From NCBI GenBank assembly GCA_019309815.1, contig JAFDFO010000005.1, forward strand, positions 1-53,943: a stretch of 53,943 nt of DNA, in the 5' to 3' direction. Below, one piece after another: positions 8,262-18,175 of this stretch; position 1 is the stretch's first letter, and every line of letters starts with the position of its first letter. This DNA is from Deltaproteobacteria bacterium. GTDB lineage: Bacteria; Desulfobacterota; Desulfobacteria; Desulfobacterales; C00003060. The notes beneath the pieces were generated by a model, which was not told the origin of the DNA, made no database searches, and was given only the letters and a program-made list of their open reading frames with translations. Position numbers and translations under genes: made by a program.

Positions 8262-9092
8262 CTATGATCCTTTCAGGACGTCGATCATGGAGAATACCTG
8301 CCCTTTAGCACCCCCATCGATCTTCTTGGCCAGGTAATGAATGGCGTCCACCGTTCCTCTGGCGTAGATGTCGCGGCCGTTCACATTGTGCGTGAACTGA
8401 AAGAAAACCGTGTCGTCTTCGGAGTGGAGCGAATAGGTATGCCATCCATGCCCGCTCAAATATGCTTCAGGGACACCCCATTCGGACTGCTGAACTGCCG
8501 GGTCGCGTTCCATCTTGATATCATCCTTGGAAAAAGGGGCACCTAACTGGTTGAAATAGCCCACCATGGCTTTGGCCGTGCCGCTCGTATCCGCCTTTCC
8601 TTGCTGGTGACTTTCCTTGATCTCCAAGCCGTACCCTTTGAAGACATTGGGGAAGGTTTTTGCAGCATATTCCATCATCGCCTGGAAGGCCACAATCTGT
8701 TTCCCCATGTTTGGTGCAATCACGGCGGCAACGTCAGAGCTTTGTACGGTTTCTACCAGGCGCGCCCTGTCTCCGCCGGTGGTTCCCATCACAAAAGGGA
8801 GGCCACTTTTGCAGTAGAACTCCGCATTGTCGTTGACAGCACTTGGATGGGTGTAGTCTACGCAAATGACCACCCCCTCGGACTTCTTAATGGACTCCAT
8901 TGCCTCTTGTTTCTGGTCCGGTTTGATTAACTGGACGGCTTCAGAACCGATCTGGGTCTCTGTTGCTTCTATGTCAGCCCCGGTCAAGGCGTGAGGAATG
9001 AGCTTCAAGCCGCTATCTTGAGCTATGTGTTCGGCTGCGATGGTTGACATGTTGCCTGGCAGACCATTGACCATTACCTTGATTGGGTTCAT
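8262..9092 (-). CDS. dapB: 4-hydroxy-tetrahydrodipicolinate reductase-like protein (DapB family)
   Basis: Contains ESHQQGKADTSGTA (the E-x-H-H-x2-K-x-D-x-PSGTA type motif) and an N-terminal Rossmann-like segment VNGLPGNM. Start moved to the ATG at 9092, preceded by AAAGGAG; the track start at 9146 has no SD. Confidence 0.65.
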   Translation of the reverse strand: MNPIKVMVNGLPGNMSTIAAEHIAQDSGLKLIPHALTGADIEATETQIGSEAVQLIKPDQKQEAMESIKKSEGVVICVDYTHPSAVNDNAEFYCKSGLPFVMGTTGGDRARLVETVQSSDVAAVIAPNMGKQIVAFQAMMEYAAKTFPNVFKGYGLEIKESHQQGKADTSGTAKAMVGYFNQLGAPFSKDDIKMERDPAVQQSEWGVPEAYLSGHGWHTYSLHSEDDTVFFQFTHNVNGRDIYARGTVDAIHYLAKKIDGGAKGQVFSMIDVLKGS

Positions 9093-9244
9093 GACATGTC
9101 TCCTTTCATTTGTGGGGTTGGCCCGTTCAGGCAGCACCCGCTGCAACTAATCCGCCAAACCCGTAATCCCGTCCTTTGTCATTCCGGCCACGGGCATTAA
9201 ATCCCATTTTCATCCCTGTATCACAAACAAGGCTGTGATACAAA

Positions 9245-10012
9245 TTAACGCTGCCATCCTACCGGCATGATAATGAGAGGCTCGTGATTCTTCTTGGCGC
9301 TGATAGTCCTGGCGACCTTATTGTCGTCAAAGGCTCCTACGATCCCCGCTGCAAGACCGAGCGCATCGCATTGCAGGAAGATATTCTGGCCGACATGGCC
9401 TACTTCAATCATCGCATACCGCTTGCCACGTTCACCGTACTTGCCGGTGATGCGCCGGTATTCAGCCGTAAGGACCAGGACGACAGGGGCGCCGGCCACC
9501 CACATTTGTGTCAGGGCAGCCCTTGCGACATCCTTTCTTGCATCGGTGTCAGCTCGCTCTTCGAGTGAGTGATGAGGGGGATCATAGCGGTATATCCCTT
9601 GCCTCAACCCCTGGACACCATTTTGTCCCACAACAGCATAAACATCTATTGGGTAGAGGGCTCCCCCGGACGGGGCTGCTCTCTTGAACCCTCCATCCTC
9701 AGTAATACCCTGAGCGGCCCATAGGATTTGTGAAAGCTGGGCGAGTGTGAAGGGTTCCTCGGAATAAGACCTTATCGTTCTCCTGTGCCTGATGGTCTTT
9801 TCGAGTGAGATGTTTCCGTCTAACACAGGGGCAGGTAGGCGCATGGCGACCTCCTTGTTAAAGACGTTGCGGCTTCTTGCCCGGACAGGCCTGGCCCACA
9901 GCTGGCAAACAGCTGAGAAAGAGAGGCCCAACAGGCCTCCGAGCTGGCATGCCTGTCGCCGGGTCAACCTGGCATCTCCCCTGAGAACTTTCAGGAAGCT
10001 TGTGAAGTCCAT
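9245..10012 (-). CDS. Nitroreductase-family (SagB-type) protein with a Tat-like signal
   Basis: N-terminal LTRRQACQLGGLLGLSFSA, then IRHRRTIRSYSEEPFTLAQLSQILWAAQGIT. The SD GAAGGAGAG lies upstream. Confidence 0.7.
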   Translation of the reverse strand: MDFTSFLKVLRGDARLTRRQACQLGGLLGLSFSAVCQLWARPVRARSRNVFNKEVAMRLPAPVLDGNISLEKTIRHRRTIRSYSEEPFTLAQLSQILWAAQGITEDGGFKRAAPSGGALYPIDVYAVVGQNGVQGLRQGIYRYDPPHHSLEERADTDARKDVARAALTQMWVAGAPVVLVLTAEYRRITGKYGERGKRYAMIEVGHVGQNIFLQCDALGLAAGIVGAFDDNKVARTISAKKNHEPLIIMPVGWQR

Positions 10013-10042
10013 TTCACTCTCCTTCTCAACTCTTTACCTTTG

Positions 10043-10813
10043 CTATCTGTCCCAAAGGTCAAGAACAAGCCTTCGACTCTCCTCGAGGGATTCCAAAGAT
10101 ACACTCTTGTCTTTGACAAACACCTCCAGCGTGATGGTTTCATCATATCCGATCGACTTCAACGCGGACACGGCTTCCTTCCAGTCAATGTTTCCTGCTC
10201 CCAAAGGCATGTGCTCATCCTCACGCCCTCGGTTGTCTGAAAAGTGCACGTGTCTGATGTGACCACCTAGCTGTTTGCAGAAGCTCGCTCCATCGTCTTT
10301 TCCCAGATTCGTGTGGCCAAAGTCGAGATGGATTTGGAGTCCTGGTACCTCCTCCAGCAGCCGGGAATATGTGGATACGGAATCAAACGGTGCCTTGAAG
10401 TTTTCCAGAATAAGAGTCAGCCCGTACGAGCCGGCCATCTCCGCAAGGGGTTTCAAGGCTTCGATGTTTAGGCGTACCAGATCTTCCTTCATGGCCGGCG
10501 GAGAGTAGTAACAGGGATGGATGTTCATGATGGTCGCTTCGAGGGATGAGAAGATCCCGGCACAGCGTTCGAGCTCTTTGAAACAGGCTTTACGGACCGA
10601 ATCCAAGGGATAAGCATACGGGAGGCAGGGGTCAGTGTGCCCAACAATGAATAGGTTGTACTGGTCGAGGAGTGCAAGAACCCTTTCCGGGTCCGGACTC
10701 AAGGCATTAGGCCCCTCTATGGTGAGATCCACAAATTCGTAATGGGCCTCACCCAAGAAGATGATCTCATCATAGACAGATACAGCAGGGTTGTTCATGA
10801 GGCCGATCTTCAT
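10043..10813 (-). CDS. Sugar phosphate isomerase/epimerase (xylose isomerase-like TIM barrel)
   Basis: 256 aa with HLDFGH, HVHFSDN and E-rich metal-ligand spacing typical of the AP-endonuclease-2/TIM family. Confidence 0.65.
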   Translation of the reverse strand: MKIGLMNNPAVSVYDEIIFLGEAHYEFVDLTIEGPNALSPDPERVLALLDQYNLFIVGHTDPCLPYAYPLDSVRKACFKELERCAGIFSSLEATIMNIHPCYYSPPAMKEDLVRLNIEALKPLAEMAGSYGLTLILENFKAPFDSVSTYSRLLEEVPGLQIHLDFGHTNLGKDDGASFCKQLGGHIRHVHFSDNRGREDEHMPLGAGNIDWKEAVSALKSIGYDETITLEVFVKDKSVSLESLEESRRLVLDLWDR

Positions 10814-10858
10814 GGGCTATTTGCTCCCGGGGTTGACGGTTTCCAGAGTGCGGGCAGA

Positions 10859-11545
10859 CTACGCTTGTATCATGCCGACGATCCACATGGCATAAAAGAT
10901 GATAACCATGATCCCCCAGAAAATGGCGGCTCCGGATCTCAACCTCGCCGTTTGGCCGCCGGTCAAGCTGAGCATCAAGAAGGCTATTACAGATCCTATC
11001 CAACCGAGGAAGCCGACTTCAAGGATTAGCGTCCAAAAGACATCCGGTTCAGAACTTGCCTGCGGGGGCGAGGAGACCGCGGCAGCATCACTCAGTCGTC
11101 GAGCCTTCGAGCCCTGATCCATCAATGAGGCGATCTTTGCATCACACCTGTCGATCCAGTCTCTACCGGGGGTATAGAAACTCCTTGCCGCCAGGAATCC
11201 TCGTCTTATGGTTCGGGTAGCAATCAGGGCGAGCTGAATGTCGCCCTGTTGCTCGGCCCGGGTACATATTTCCCAGAGTCGTTGGGCCGATTTGTGCACG
11301 TAGGGATTAAAAGGCGTATACCAGTGGATGGACCTGTCGAAAAAAGTGATTGCCTTAATATGTTGGTGTTTCTTGAAGTATTCTTCTCCTTCCTGATACG
11401 CATGCATGGACACGAAGAACGCGCGTGTCCAGACCAGGGCCAACACGACAAGGATGAGGCCAATTGCAGCAGAGATCACCCTTGTGAAAGGTCTTTTCGA
11501 CAAACGGTTCCCGGGATTCTTCACGGCACTACCCATTTGTGACAT
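10859..11545 (-). CDS. Hypothetical membrane protein (N-terminal TM, soluble middle, two C-terminal TMs)
   Basis: 228-aa ORF with the SD AGGAGA upstream of the ATG at 11545. No recognisable family motif. Confidence 0.5.
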   Translation of the reverse strand: MSQMGSAVKNPGNRLSKRPFTRVISAAIGLILVVLALVWTRAFFVSMHAYQEGEEYFKKHQHIKAITFFDRSIHWYTPFNPYVHKSAQRLWEICTRAEQQGDIQLALIATRTIRRGFLAARSFYTPGRDWIDRCDAKIASLMDQGSKARRLSDAAAVSSPPQASSEPDVFWTLILEVGFLGWIGSVIAFLMLSLTGGQTARLRSGAAIFWGIMVIIFYAMWIVGMIQA

Positions 11546-12168
11546 ACTTCTCCTGATCTTGTCGCACCGTGGCTCGTAAACCTGAAGTGTGTGGTGTGAC
11601 CCCGATGTGCTGGATCGTTTCTGCCTTCAGGTGCGTCATTCTTGATATTTCCCCCAGCATAAAATCAATTTGGTACACTTTGTCAATGAGTTCTTGTCAC
11701 TCCATCCCATGAAGAATCGCACCTATAATCATCTTGATGTATTCATGAAAGATCTGTATAAGTTATCGGGGCCAATTAGGCGCTAAGTTCCTTAGTCATA
11801 AGATTCATATTTTTTATGGCAGAAAATAATCTTGGAATAACGAATACCCGCCTGCCATGCAAAGTACTTAAGTAGAGAATAATGTCTCCGGCAATGACAT
11901 TCACCTTGAAACACTACCCTGAATCTACGCAAAGGCATTGCGGGCAGGTCGAATGTCGAACAAGGAATTAAGAAGGAAAAACCTCGACATTCAGAATCCC
12001 TTGTTCATTATTCTACATTCTTGTCCGGTTCCGGTTTATCCGGGTTAGAGAGGAATTGCAAGTATGGGTCTACGGCTACCAGAAAGGGAACTGGGCGGGT
12101 GCAGGGTTCAACGAGCGGATATGGTTGACACGATAATACGGCGAGAAACACTGGTAGGTTAGTAGCCG

Positions 12169-13923
12169 ATGAACATGTTTCTCGATGATAGGGAATCAGC
12201 CGGAGACTACTCAGTATACCTCATACTCTTCTTGATAGCCCTTGCGACGCGGATCTTCTTCCTCATCTACATAGATGAACCCGTAATCTTTTTCAAATAC
12301 CCTTTCTTTGCCGAAAAATTAGCACGGGGGATTGACATTGGGGACAGGCTCGTCGACCTGAGCCCTTTTTACCTCTATTCCCTGACGTTTCTCAAGAAGG
12401 TTTTTCATCTGGACTGGAACCTTGTCAAACCAATCCAATCGTTTGTGGGCATTCTGAACTGTTTGATGGTGTACGCCTTGGGGCGCCGGGCTTTCGGGAA
12501 GGAAGCGGGGCTTTTTGCCGCCCTTCTTTTTACCTTTTATGGCAATCTGATGGTGCTGGAATCAACCCTGGAGCCGACCGTCTTTGTCCTTCTGTTCAGT
12601 ATGTTGGCGGTCTATCTCCTTCTTGAGGTCAAAGAAAATTCCGGGGTCTTGAACAAAAAATTGGGCTTTGCTGCGGCTGCCGGTTTCTTTGCAGGCCTGT
12701 CGATCATCACCAAGCCAAACTTCTTGTTGTTTTTGCCTGTAGGGGCCGGTTGGATCCTTTTCCTGGGAGACCGAGATAGTCGGATTGGCACAAGATTTCA
12801 GACGCTGGTCTTCTGCTTTGTGGCGCTTGCGGTGGTTTTGCCCGTTACGGTGAGGAACTATGTGAAGCTTCACGATTTTGTCCTTGTCACCGCTGATGCT
12901 GGTAAGGTTTTCTTCCACGGTAATGGAAAAGGGGCCACTGCTCTGGAGGGCACTGGTCTTCCCAATGAAGGGTTTATGGAGGAGACAGGGGAAGAGCCTG
13001 ACTATGCCCATGTCTTGTACCGGAAGACAGCTTCCAGGCTTACCGGAAAAGACCTGACCCCGTCTGAATCCTCAAGGTTCTGGATGGGGAGGACGCTAAG
13101 CGACATAAGGAATAATCCGGCGGGCTACGTCGTGCTTGAAGTCGAGAAACTATTTTACTTCTTCAATGACTATGAAATGCACTATATTGCGTCTGCCTAC
13201 AAAGAATATAAGGCCATCCTGGCTTTCCCTTTCGTTAGGTATGGCATAATTGCCTCGCTGGGATTCCTGGGCATGGTGCTTTCACTGGGAAGGTTTAGAG
13301 AGCTGTTTCTTGTATACGGCATTGTATTTGTCTACCTGCTTTCGGGCATGCTTTTTTTGGTTCAGTCAAGGTACCGAATGCCGGCTGTTCCCTATCTCTG
13401 TCTGTTTGCGGGATACAGCCTCTATGCTTTGAAGGAAATGGTGACAGCAAGGAGACTTAAGCAGGCGGTAGTGACGCTGATGGTTGTCGGTCTGTTTTTT
13501 GCCTTGACTCGCCTGGCATTCAGGGGTGAGATACTGCGGGTCGATCGATGGCAGCAGGCCACAAAAATCCACTACCAGATGGGCGGAGAGCCGCTCTTTA
13601 AGCGTGGACAGTATCAAGACGCCATTTTTGAGCTAAGCAAGTGCTTGGCGATAGCCCCGGACTTCAGCCCAGCGCATAATCTCATGGGAAAGAGTCATGC
13701 AATGCTTGGAGAACTCAGGGAGGCCGCGTCGAGTTTTGGCAAAGTGATAGCATTGAGCCCGCAGCTTGCGGAAGGATACAAGAATCTTGGGTACGTCCAT
13801 CTGCTTCAAGGTGACCGGGCAAAAGCGGGGAAGCTGCTTTCAAAGGCGTTGTCCATAGACCCGAACGATGATAAACTGAAACAAGAAATCTCAAAGCTCC
13901 GGATGAATAAAGATCAGCCGTAA
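12169..13923 (+). CDS. GT-C glycosyltransferase (ArnT/PMT, GT39-like) with C-terminal TPR repeats
   Basis: About 11 hydrophobic segments, then TPR-like repeats (AIAPDFSPAHNLMGKSHAMLGELREAASSFGKVIALSPQLAEGYKNLGYVHLLQGDRAKA). Confidence 0.75.
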   Translation: MNMFLDDRESAGDYSVYLILFLIALATRIFFLIYIDEPVIFFKYPFFAEKLARGIDIGDRLVDLSPFYLYSLTFLKKVFHLDWNLVKPIQSFVGILNCLMVYALGRRAFGKEAGLFAALLFTFYGNLMVLESTLEPTVFVLLFSMLAVYLLLEVKENSGVLNKKLGFAAAAGFFAGLSIITKPNFLLFLPVGAGWILFLGDRDSRIGTRFQTLVFCFVALAVVLPVTVRNYVKLHDFVLVTADAGKVFFHGNGKGATALEGTGLPNEGFMEETGEEPDYAHVLYRKTASRLTGKDLTPSESSRFWMGRTLSDIRNNPAGYVVLEVEKLFYFFNDYEMHYIASAYKEYKAILAFPFVRYGIIASLGFLGMVLSLGRFRELFLVYGIVFVYLLSGMLFLVQSRYRMPAVPYLCLFAGYSLYALKEMVTARRLKQAVVTLMVVGLFFALTRLAFRGEILRVDRWQQATKIHYQMGGEPLFKRGQYQDAIFELSKCLAIAPDFSPAHNLMGKSHAMLGELREAASSFGKVIALSPQLAEGYKNLGYVHLLQGDRAKAGKLLSKALSIDPNDDKLKQEISKLRMNKDQP

Positions 13924-13936
13924 AGGAAATTCAACT

Positions 13937-14956
13937 ATGCATTGCATCGTTACGGGAGGAGCCGGCTTCATTGGTAGTCATTTGGTGGACCATCTACTAG
14001 ATGACGGGCATCACGTAACCGTTCTAGACAACTACACCACTGGCCGGGCTGAGACCCTATATCATGTCAGGTCGAATCCGAAACTCTCCATACAACAGGT
14101 CGACGTGGCGGAATATGAATCGATAGCCCCCCATTTTGAGGGGATAGACTGGGTTTTCCATCTTGCCGCCCTGGCCGATATTGTTCCGTCCATAGAGCAC
14201 CCCCTCCTATACTATCGTTCAAATGTAGATGGTACGGTCAACGTACTGGAGGCATCGCGTCGTTTTGAAGTCAAACGGTTCATATATGCGGCTTCATCAT
14301 CTTGTTATGGGATTCCAGATAGTTATCCAACCCCAGAGTCGGCTGATATCCGACTTCAGTATCCTTACGCTCTAACCAAATACCTTGGGGAAGAATGCGT
14401 GATGCATTGGCATCAGGTCTATAAAATTCCCGTGGTGTCTTTGCGCCTGTTCAATGTCTTTGGCCCTCGCTCAAGGACATCTGGTACGTATGGTGCTGTA
14501 TTCGGGGTTTTTCTGGCACAGAAACTGCACCAAGAGCCCTTTACCGTTGTTGGGGATGGAAGCCAAACAAGGGACTTCGTCTTCGTGACCGATGTGGTTC
14601 GGGCCTTTGTGATGGCAGCTGAAAGCGCTGCCCAATGTGAAATCCTGAACGTTGGGAGCGGGCGTACGTACAGCATCAACAAACTGGTTCAACTCTTGGG
14701 GGGTGAAGTGGTTTACGTTCCGAAGAGGCCCGGCGAACCTGACTGCACCCACGCTGATACGACCAGAGTCAGAGACTTATTGGGCTGGACTCCTAAGGTC
14801 TCCTTTGAAGAAGGCGTAGCCGTCATGCTTGAACATATCGACCACTGGCGTCAGGCACCAGTTTGGACTCCCGACAAGATCGCTGATGCCACGGCAGGGT
14901 GGTTTCAGCATCTGTCACCCCAAAGAAATGATCTAAAAAGGAGCAACCGTTCATGA
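13937..14956 (+). CDS. NAD-dependent sugar-nucleotide epimerase/dehydratase (extended SDR)
   Basis: TGGAGFIGSHLVDHLL Rossmann motif and the YALTK catalytic YxxxK, 339 aa. Confidence 0.85.
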   Translation: MHCIVTGGAGFIGSHLVDHLLDDGHHVTVLDNYTTGRAETLYHVRSNPKLSIQQVDVAEYESIAPHFEGIDWVFHLAALADIVPSIEHPLLYYRSNVDGTVNVLEASRRFEVKRFIYAASSSCYGIPDSYPTPESADIRLQYPYALTKYLGEECVMHWHQVYKIPVVSLRLFNVFGPRSRTSGTYGAVFGVFLAQKLHQEPFTVVGDGSQTRDFVFVTDVVRAFVMAAESAAQCEILNVGSGRTYSINKLVQLLGGEVVYVPKRPGEPDCTHADTTRVRDLLGWTPKVSFEEGVAVMLEHIDHWRQAPVWTPDKIADATAGWFQHLSPQRNDLKRSNRS

Positions 14957-16488
14957 ACTTGGATTTTAGCGACCCCAAGATCAAGACACTGGAAGAAGTG
15001 ACATCCCTTGTCGGTGCCTTGAAATCAGAAGGAAAGACCATCGTGATGTGTCACGGTGTCTTCGACCTCATTCATCCTGGTCATATCCGGCACTTCCAAG
15101 CCGCAAAACGGGAAGGGGATGTCCTGGTTGTCACCTTGACTCCTGACGAGTTTGTGGGAAAAGGCCCGGGGCGCCCGGTGTTCAATCAGGCATTGCGCGC
15201 GGAATTCTTGGCTTCCCTCGCTTGTGTAGACTACGTTGCGATCAATCAGTGGCCGACAGCCGTAAATACCGTAAAAATGCTCAGGCCTGACCTATATGTA
15301 AAAGGGAGCGACTATACTGATCCGGAGAAGGATCTTACGGGTAAAATCGCGGAAGAGGAAGCCGCCGTGCAATCGGTGGGCGGCAGAATACATTTCACAG
15401 ATGAAATCACCTTCAGTTCAACGAATTTGCTGAATACCTACTTCGACGTGTTTCCCAGAGGAGCCCAGGAGTTTCTCGAGGACCTGCGAAAAGTCCATGA
15501 TGCCGAGTCGGTCATCGAAAGAATTGAAGGGCTAAAGAAACTCAAGGTGCTTGTTGTTGGAGATACGATCATTGATGAGTATTACTACTGCGAACCAATG
15601 GGCAAGTCACCCAAAGAGACGATCATTTCTACACAGTACAAAAGCAAAGAGGTCTTTGCGGGTGGCATCCTGGCGGTTGCGAATCACGTAGCCGGATTTT
15701 GTAATAGTGTTCATCTTGTGACGTGTTTGGGCACAGAAAATACCCGCCAAGACGAAGTCTTGAACAGTCTGAAGAGCAATATCATTCCTAAGATATATTA
15801 TCAGGAGGACGCCCCAACGGTTGTCAAACGCCGATATGTTGAACCCTCGTTCTTGACTAAGATGTTCGGAATCTACTTCTTTAATGACAGGGGTCTCAGG
15901 GGGGAGTTTCAAAAGGAAATATGTGACTATCTGGAAGGGGTGATGGACGACTATGACCTCGTCCTGGTTTCTGATTTTGGCCACGGTCTTATTGGTCCAC
16001 CCATGATGAAGGCCCTGTGCAAAGGGGGCCATCTTCTTGCAGTGAATACTCAAACAAACAGCTCTAACTTGGGTTTCAACCTCATTACAAAATATGATCG
16101 GGCCGACTACGTCTGCATTGATGAGCCGGAGATTCGACTTGCCACACGAAACAAATTTGGTCCGCTGAAATCGTCCGTAAATACGGTGGCCGAAAAGCTT
16201 GACTGCAAAATGGTCACAACAACGAGAGGCCATCGGGGGTCCCTGACCTACGACAAGAAAGACGGTTTTTGCGAGACCCCTGTCTTTTCTACAAAGATAG
16301 TTGATAGGGTGGGGGCGGGAGACGCATATCTGTCAATATCATCTCTGTGCGTTGCAGCAGGCTTTCCTGCACAGCTTGTAGGGCTTGTTGGAAATGCCGT
16401 GGGTGCTTTGGCAGTACAGGTTGTGTGTAACCGTGACTCGATCGAACCTGTTCCCCTCTACAAATTTTTAACTACACTCCTAAAGTAG
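14953..16488 (+). CDS. Bifunctional heptose-1-phosphate nucleotidyltransferase / PfkB sugar kinase (HldE-like with reversed domain order)
   Basis: N-terminal cytidylyltransferase-like CHGVFDLIHPGHIRHF ... PDLYVKGSDY. C-terminal PfkB kinase with a GAGDAY anion hole. ATGA overlap with the upstream gene. Confidence 0.75.
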   Translation: MNLDFSDPKIKTLEEVTSLVGALKSEGKTIVMCHGVFDLIHPGHIRHFQAAKREGDVLVVTLTPDEFVGKGPGRPVFNQALRAEFLASLACVDYVAINQWPTAVNTVKMLRPDLYVKGSDYTDPEKDLTGKIAEEEAAVQSVGGRIHFTDEITFSSTNLLNTYFDVFPRGAQEFLEDLRKVHDAESVIERIEGLKKLKVLVVGDTIIDEYYYCEPMGKSPKETIISTQYKSKEVFAGGILAVANHVAGFCNSVHLVTCLGTENTRQDEVLNSLKSNIIPKIYYQEDAPTVVKRRYVEPSFLTKMFGIYFFNDRGLRGEFQKEICDYLEGVMDDYDLVLVSDFGHGLIGPPMMKALCKGGHLLAVNTQTNSSNLGFNLITKYDRADYVCIDEPEIRLATRNKFGPLKSSVNTVAEKLDCKMVTTTRGHRGSLTYDKKDGFCETPVFSTKIVDRVGAGDAYLSISSLCVAAGFPAQLVGLVGNAVGALAVQVVCNRDSIEPVPLYKFLTTLLK

Positions 16489-16510
16489 TTGAAAGGGAAA
16501 GGGAGGGTAA

Positions 16511-17092
16511 GTGAAAGAAGCAATAGCCTCATACTTGGATACCTTAGAGAAATGCCTGAGAGACATTCAGGTGACTGATGTCGAAAAGCATGCCTTTGGA
16601 GTTGTAGAAGGCGTCGAACAAGCGGCGAGGCTGATTGACGCCCGGATCTCGGCTGGGAACAAGCTCATGTTCATAGGAAATGGCGCAAGTGCTGCAATCT
16701 CAAGCCACCAGGCAACAGATTTCTGGAAAGCTGGTGGTATGCGGGCAATTGCGTTCAATGACGCCTCTCTCCTCACATGTATTAGCAATGATTTCGGTTA
16801 CAGGCATGTGTTTGAAAAACCTATTGAGATGTTTGGTGACGAGGGAGATGTCCTGGTTGCCATAAGCAGTTCCGGGCAGTCGGAGAATATCCTGCGTGGT
16901 GTGGAGGCTGGCCGAGCAAAGGGGTGTGAGATTCTTACCTTATCGGGGTTTGTGTCAGAGAATCCCTTGCGTGGAACGGGTTCCCTCAACTTCTACGTGT
17001 CCTCGAACTCGTATGGTCATGTGGAAATTGTTCACCATGCTATCTGTCACTGCATACTGGACTCCATTATGGAGAACAGGCGGAAGGGTTAG
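16511..17092 (+). CDS. gmhA: SIS-domain phosphoheptose isomerase
   Basis: 193 aa with GNGASAAISSHQATDF and ISSSGQSENIL, GTG start. Confidence 0.8.
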   Translation: MKEAIASYLDTLEKCLRDIQVTDVEKHAFGVVEGVEQAARLIDARISAGNKLMFIGNGASAAISSHQATDFWKAGGMRAIAFNDASLLTCISNDFGYRHVFEKPIEMFGDEGDVLVAISSSGQSENILRGVEAGRAKGCEILTLSGFVSENPLRGTGSLNFYVSSNSYGHVEIVHHAICHCILDSIMENRRKG

Positions 17093-18160
17093 ATGGCTGA
17101 CATTCGAATAGATGGCCACAAGTTGATGTTTCATGTGGACAGGCTCAACAAATGGCTCAAGGGAGAGAAGTTCTTCCCAATCTATGTGGAGGTAGGCCCC
17201 TCAGGCGCCTGTAACCATAGATGTATATTTTGTGCCCTTGAATATCTTGGATATGAAGCAAGGTATATCAACACCCAAATATTCAAGGAAAGACTTGAAG
17301 AGATGGCAGGCGGCGGAGTGAAAAGCCTCATGTTTGCAGGTGAGGGGGAACCTCTGCTGCACAAGGATATTGAAGAGTTGATCTGTTTTGCAAAAGGCTG
17401 CGGGATCGACGTTTCTGTTACGACGAACGGTGTCCTCATTAACAAGCGTATCAGTAAAGAGAGTCTGGAAGCATTGTCCTGGATCCGGGTCAGTTTTAAT
17501 GCTGCTACGAGGGAGAATTACGCCCGGATTCACGGAACGCAGGCAAGTGATTTTGACAGAGTGCTTGAAAATCTGGAACAGCTTGTGTCCATGAAGAGAC
17601 GCTATCAGTATAGTTGTACGATTGGCGTGCAACTACTTATGATCCCGGAGAACTACCGGGAAACCGAACAACTCGCCAACATATTGAAGGAAATCGGTGT
17701 AGATTATTTTTCGATAAAGCCTTTCTCGAAACATCCATTGAGTAGTCATTCTTTGGACGTCAATTTTGACTATGGCCAGATGCTATCGTTTCAAAAGGCC
17801 CTTGATAGGCTGTCTGGTAATGATTTCAAGATTCTGTTCCGGGATCACACAATGACGAAGTTGACGGAAAAGGAAAGAGGCTATGACTGTTGCCTGGGGC
17901 TTCCCTTCTGGGCCTATATATCTTCTGATGGCGGAGTCTGGGCGTGCAGCGCTTTTCTGGGAAAAGAGGAGTTCTTCTATGGCAGCCTCTATGAAAAGAC
18001 TTTTACTCAGATATGGGAGGGACCACAACGCGAGAAGGTTCTGGAGATGGTAGAGCACGAGTTGGATGTTTCAGAATGTCGAGAGGTGTGCAGGCTAGAT
18101 GAAATCAATAGGTACCTCTGGGAACTGAAACACCCCCATCGCCACGTAAACTTCATATGA
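17093..18160 (+). CDS. Radical SAM enzyme with a Cys-rich C-terminal (SPASM/twitch-like) region, paralogue 1
   Basis: CNHRCIFC (CX3CX2C), C-terminal cysteines CCLGLPFWAYISSDGGVWAC ... CREVC, ends HVNFI. Paralogous to 21044..22150. Confidence 0.8.
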   Translation: MADIRIDGHKLMFHVDRLNKWLKGEKFFPIYVEVGPSGACNHRCIFCALEYLGYEARYINTQIFKERLEEMAGGGVKSLMFAGEGEPLLHKDIEELICFAKGCGIDVSVTTNGVLINKRISKESLEALSWIRVSFNAATRENYARIHGTQASDFDRVLENLEQLVSMKRRYQYSCTIGVQLLMIPENYRETEQLANILKEIGVDYFSIKPFSKHPLSSHSLDVNFDYGQMLSFQKALDRLSGNDFKILFRDHTMTKLTEKERGYDCCLGLPFWAYISSDGGVWACSAFLGKEEFFYGSLYEKTFTQIWEGPQREKVLEMVEHELDVSECREVCRLDEINRYLWELKHPHRHVNFI

Positions 18161-18175
18161 GAAGAGGCAACCACA

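Noticed and set aside
12070-12168. Cobalamin-riboswitch-like fragments upstream of 12169 (AGGGAA ... GGGTGCA ... GCGG ... ACACTGG). A GACCTGCC B12-box-like core also occurs on the opposite strand at about 11943-11950.
   Set aside because: The pieces are on different strands, the spacing does not fit the consensus, and no complete B12 box follows the AGGGAA/ACACTG part before the start codon. This would need an Infernal scan, but by eye it does not hold together.
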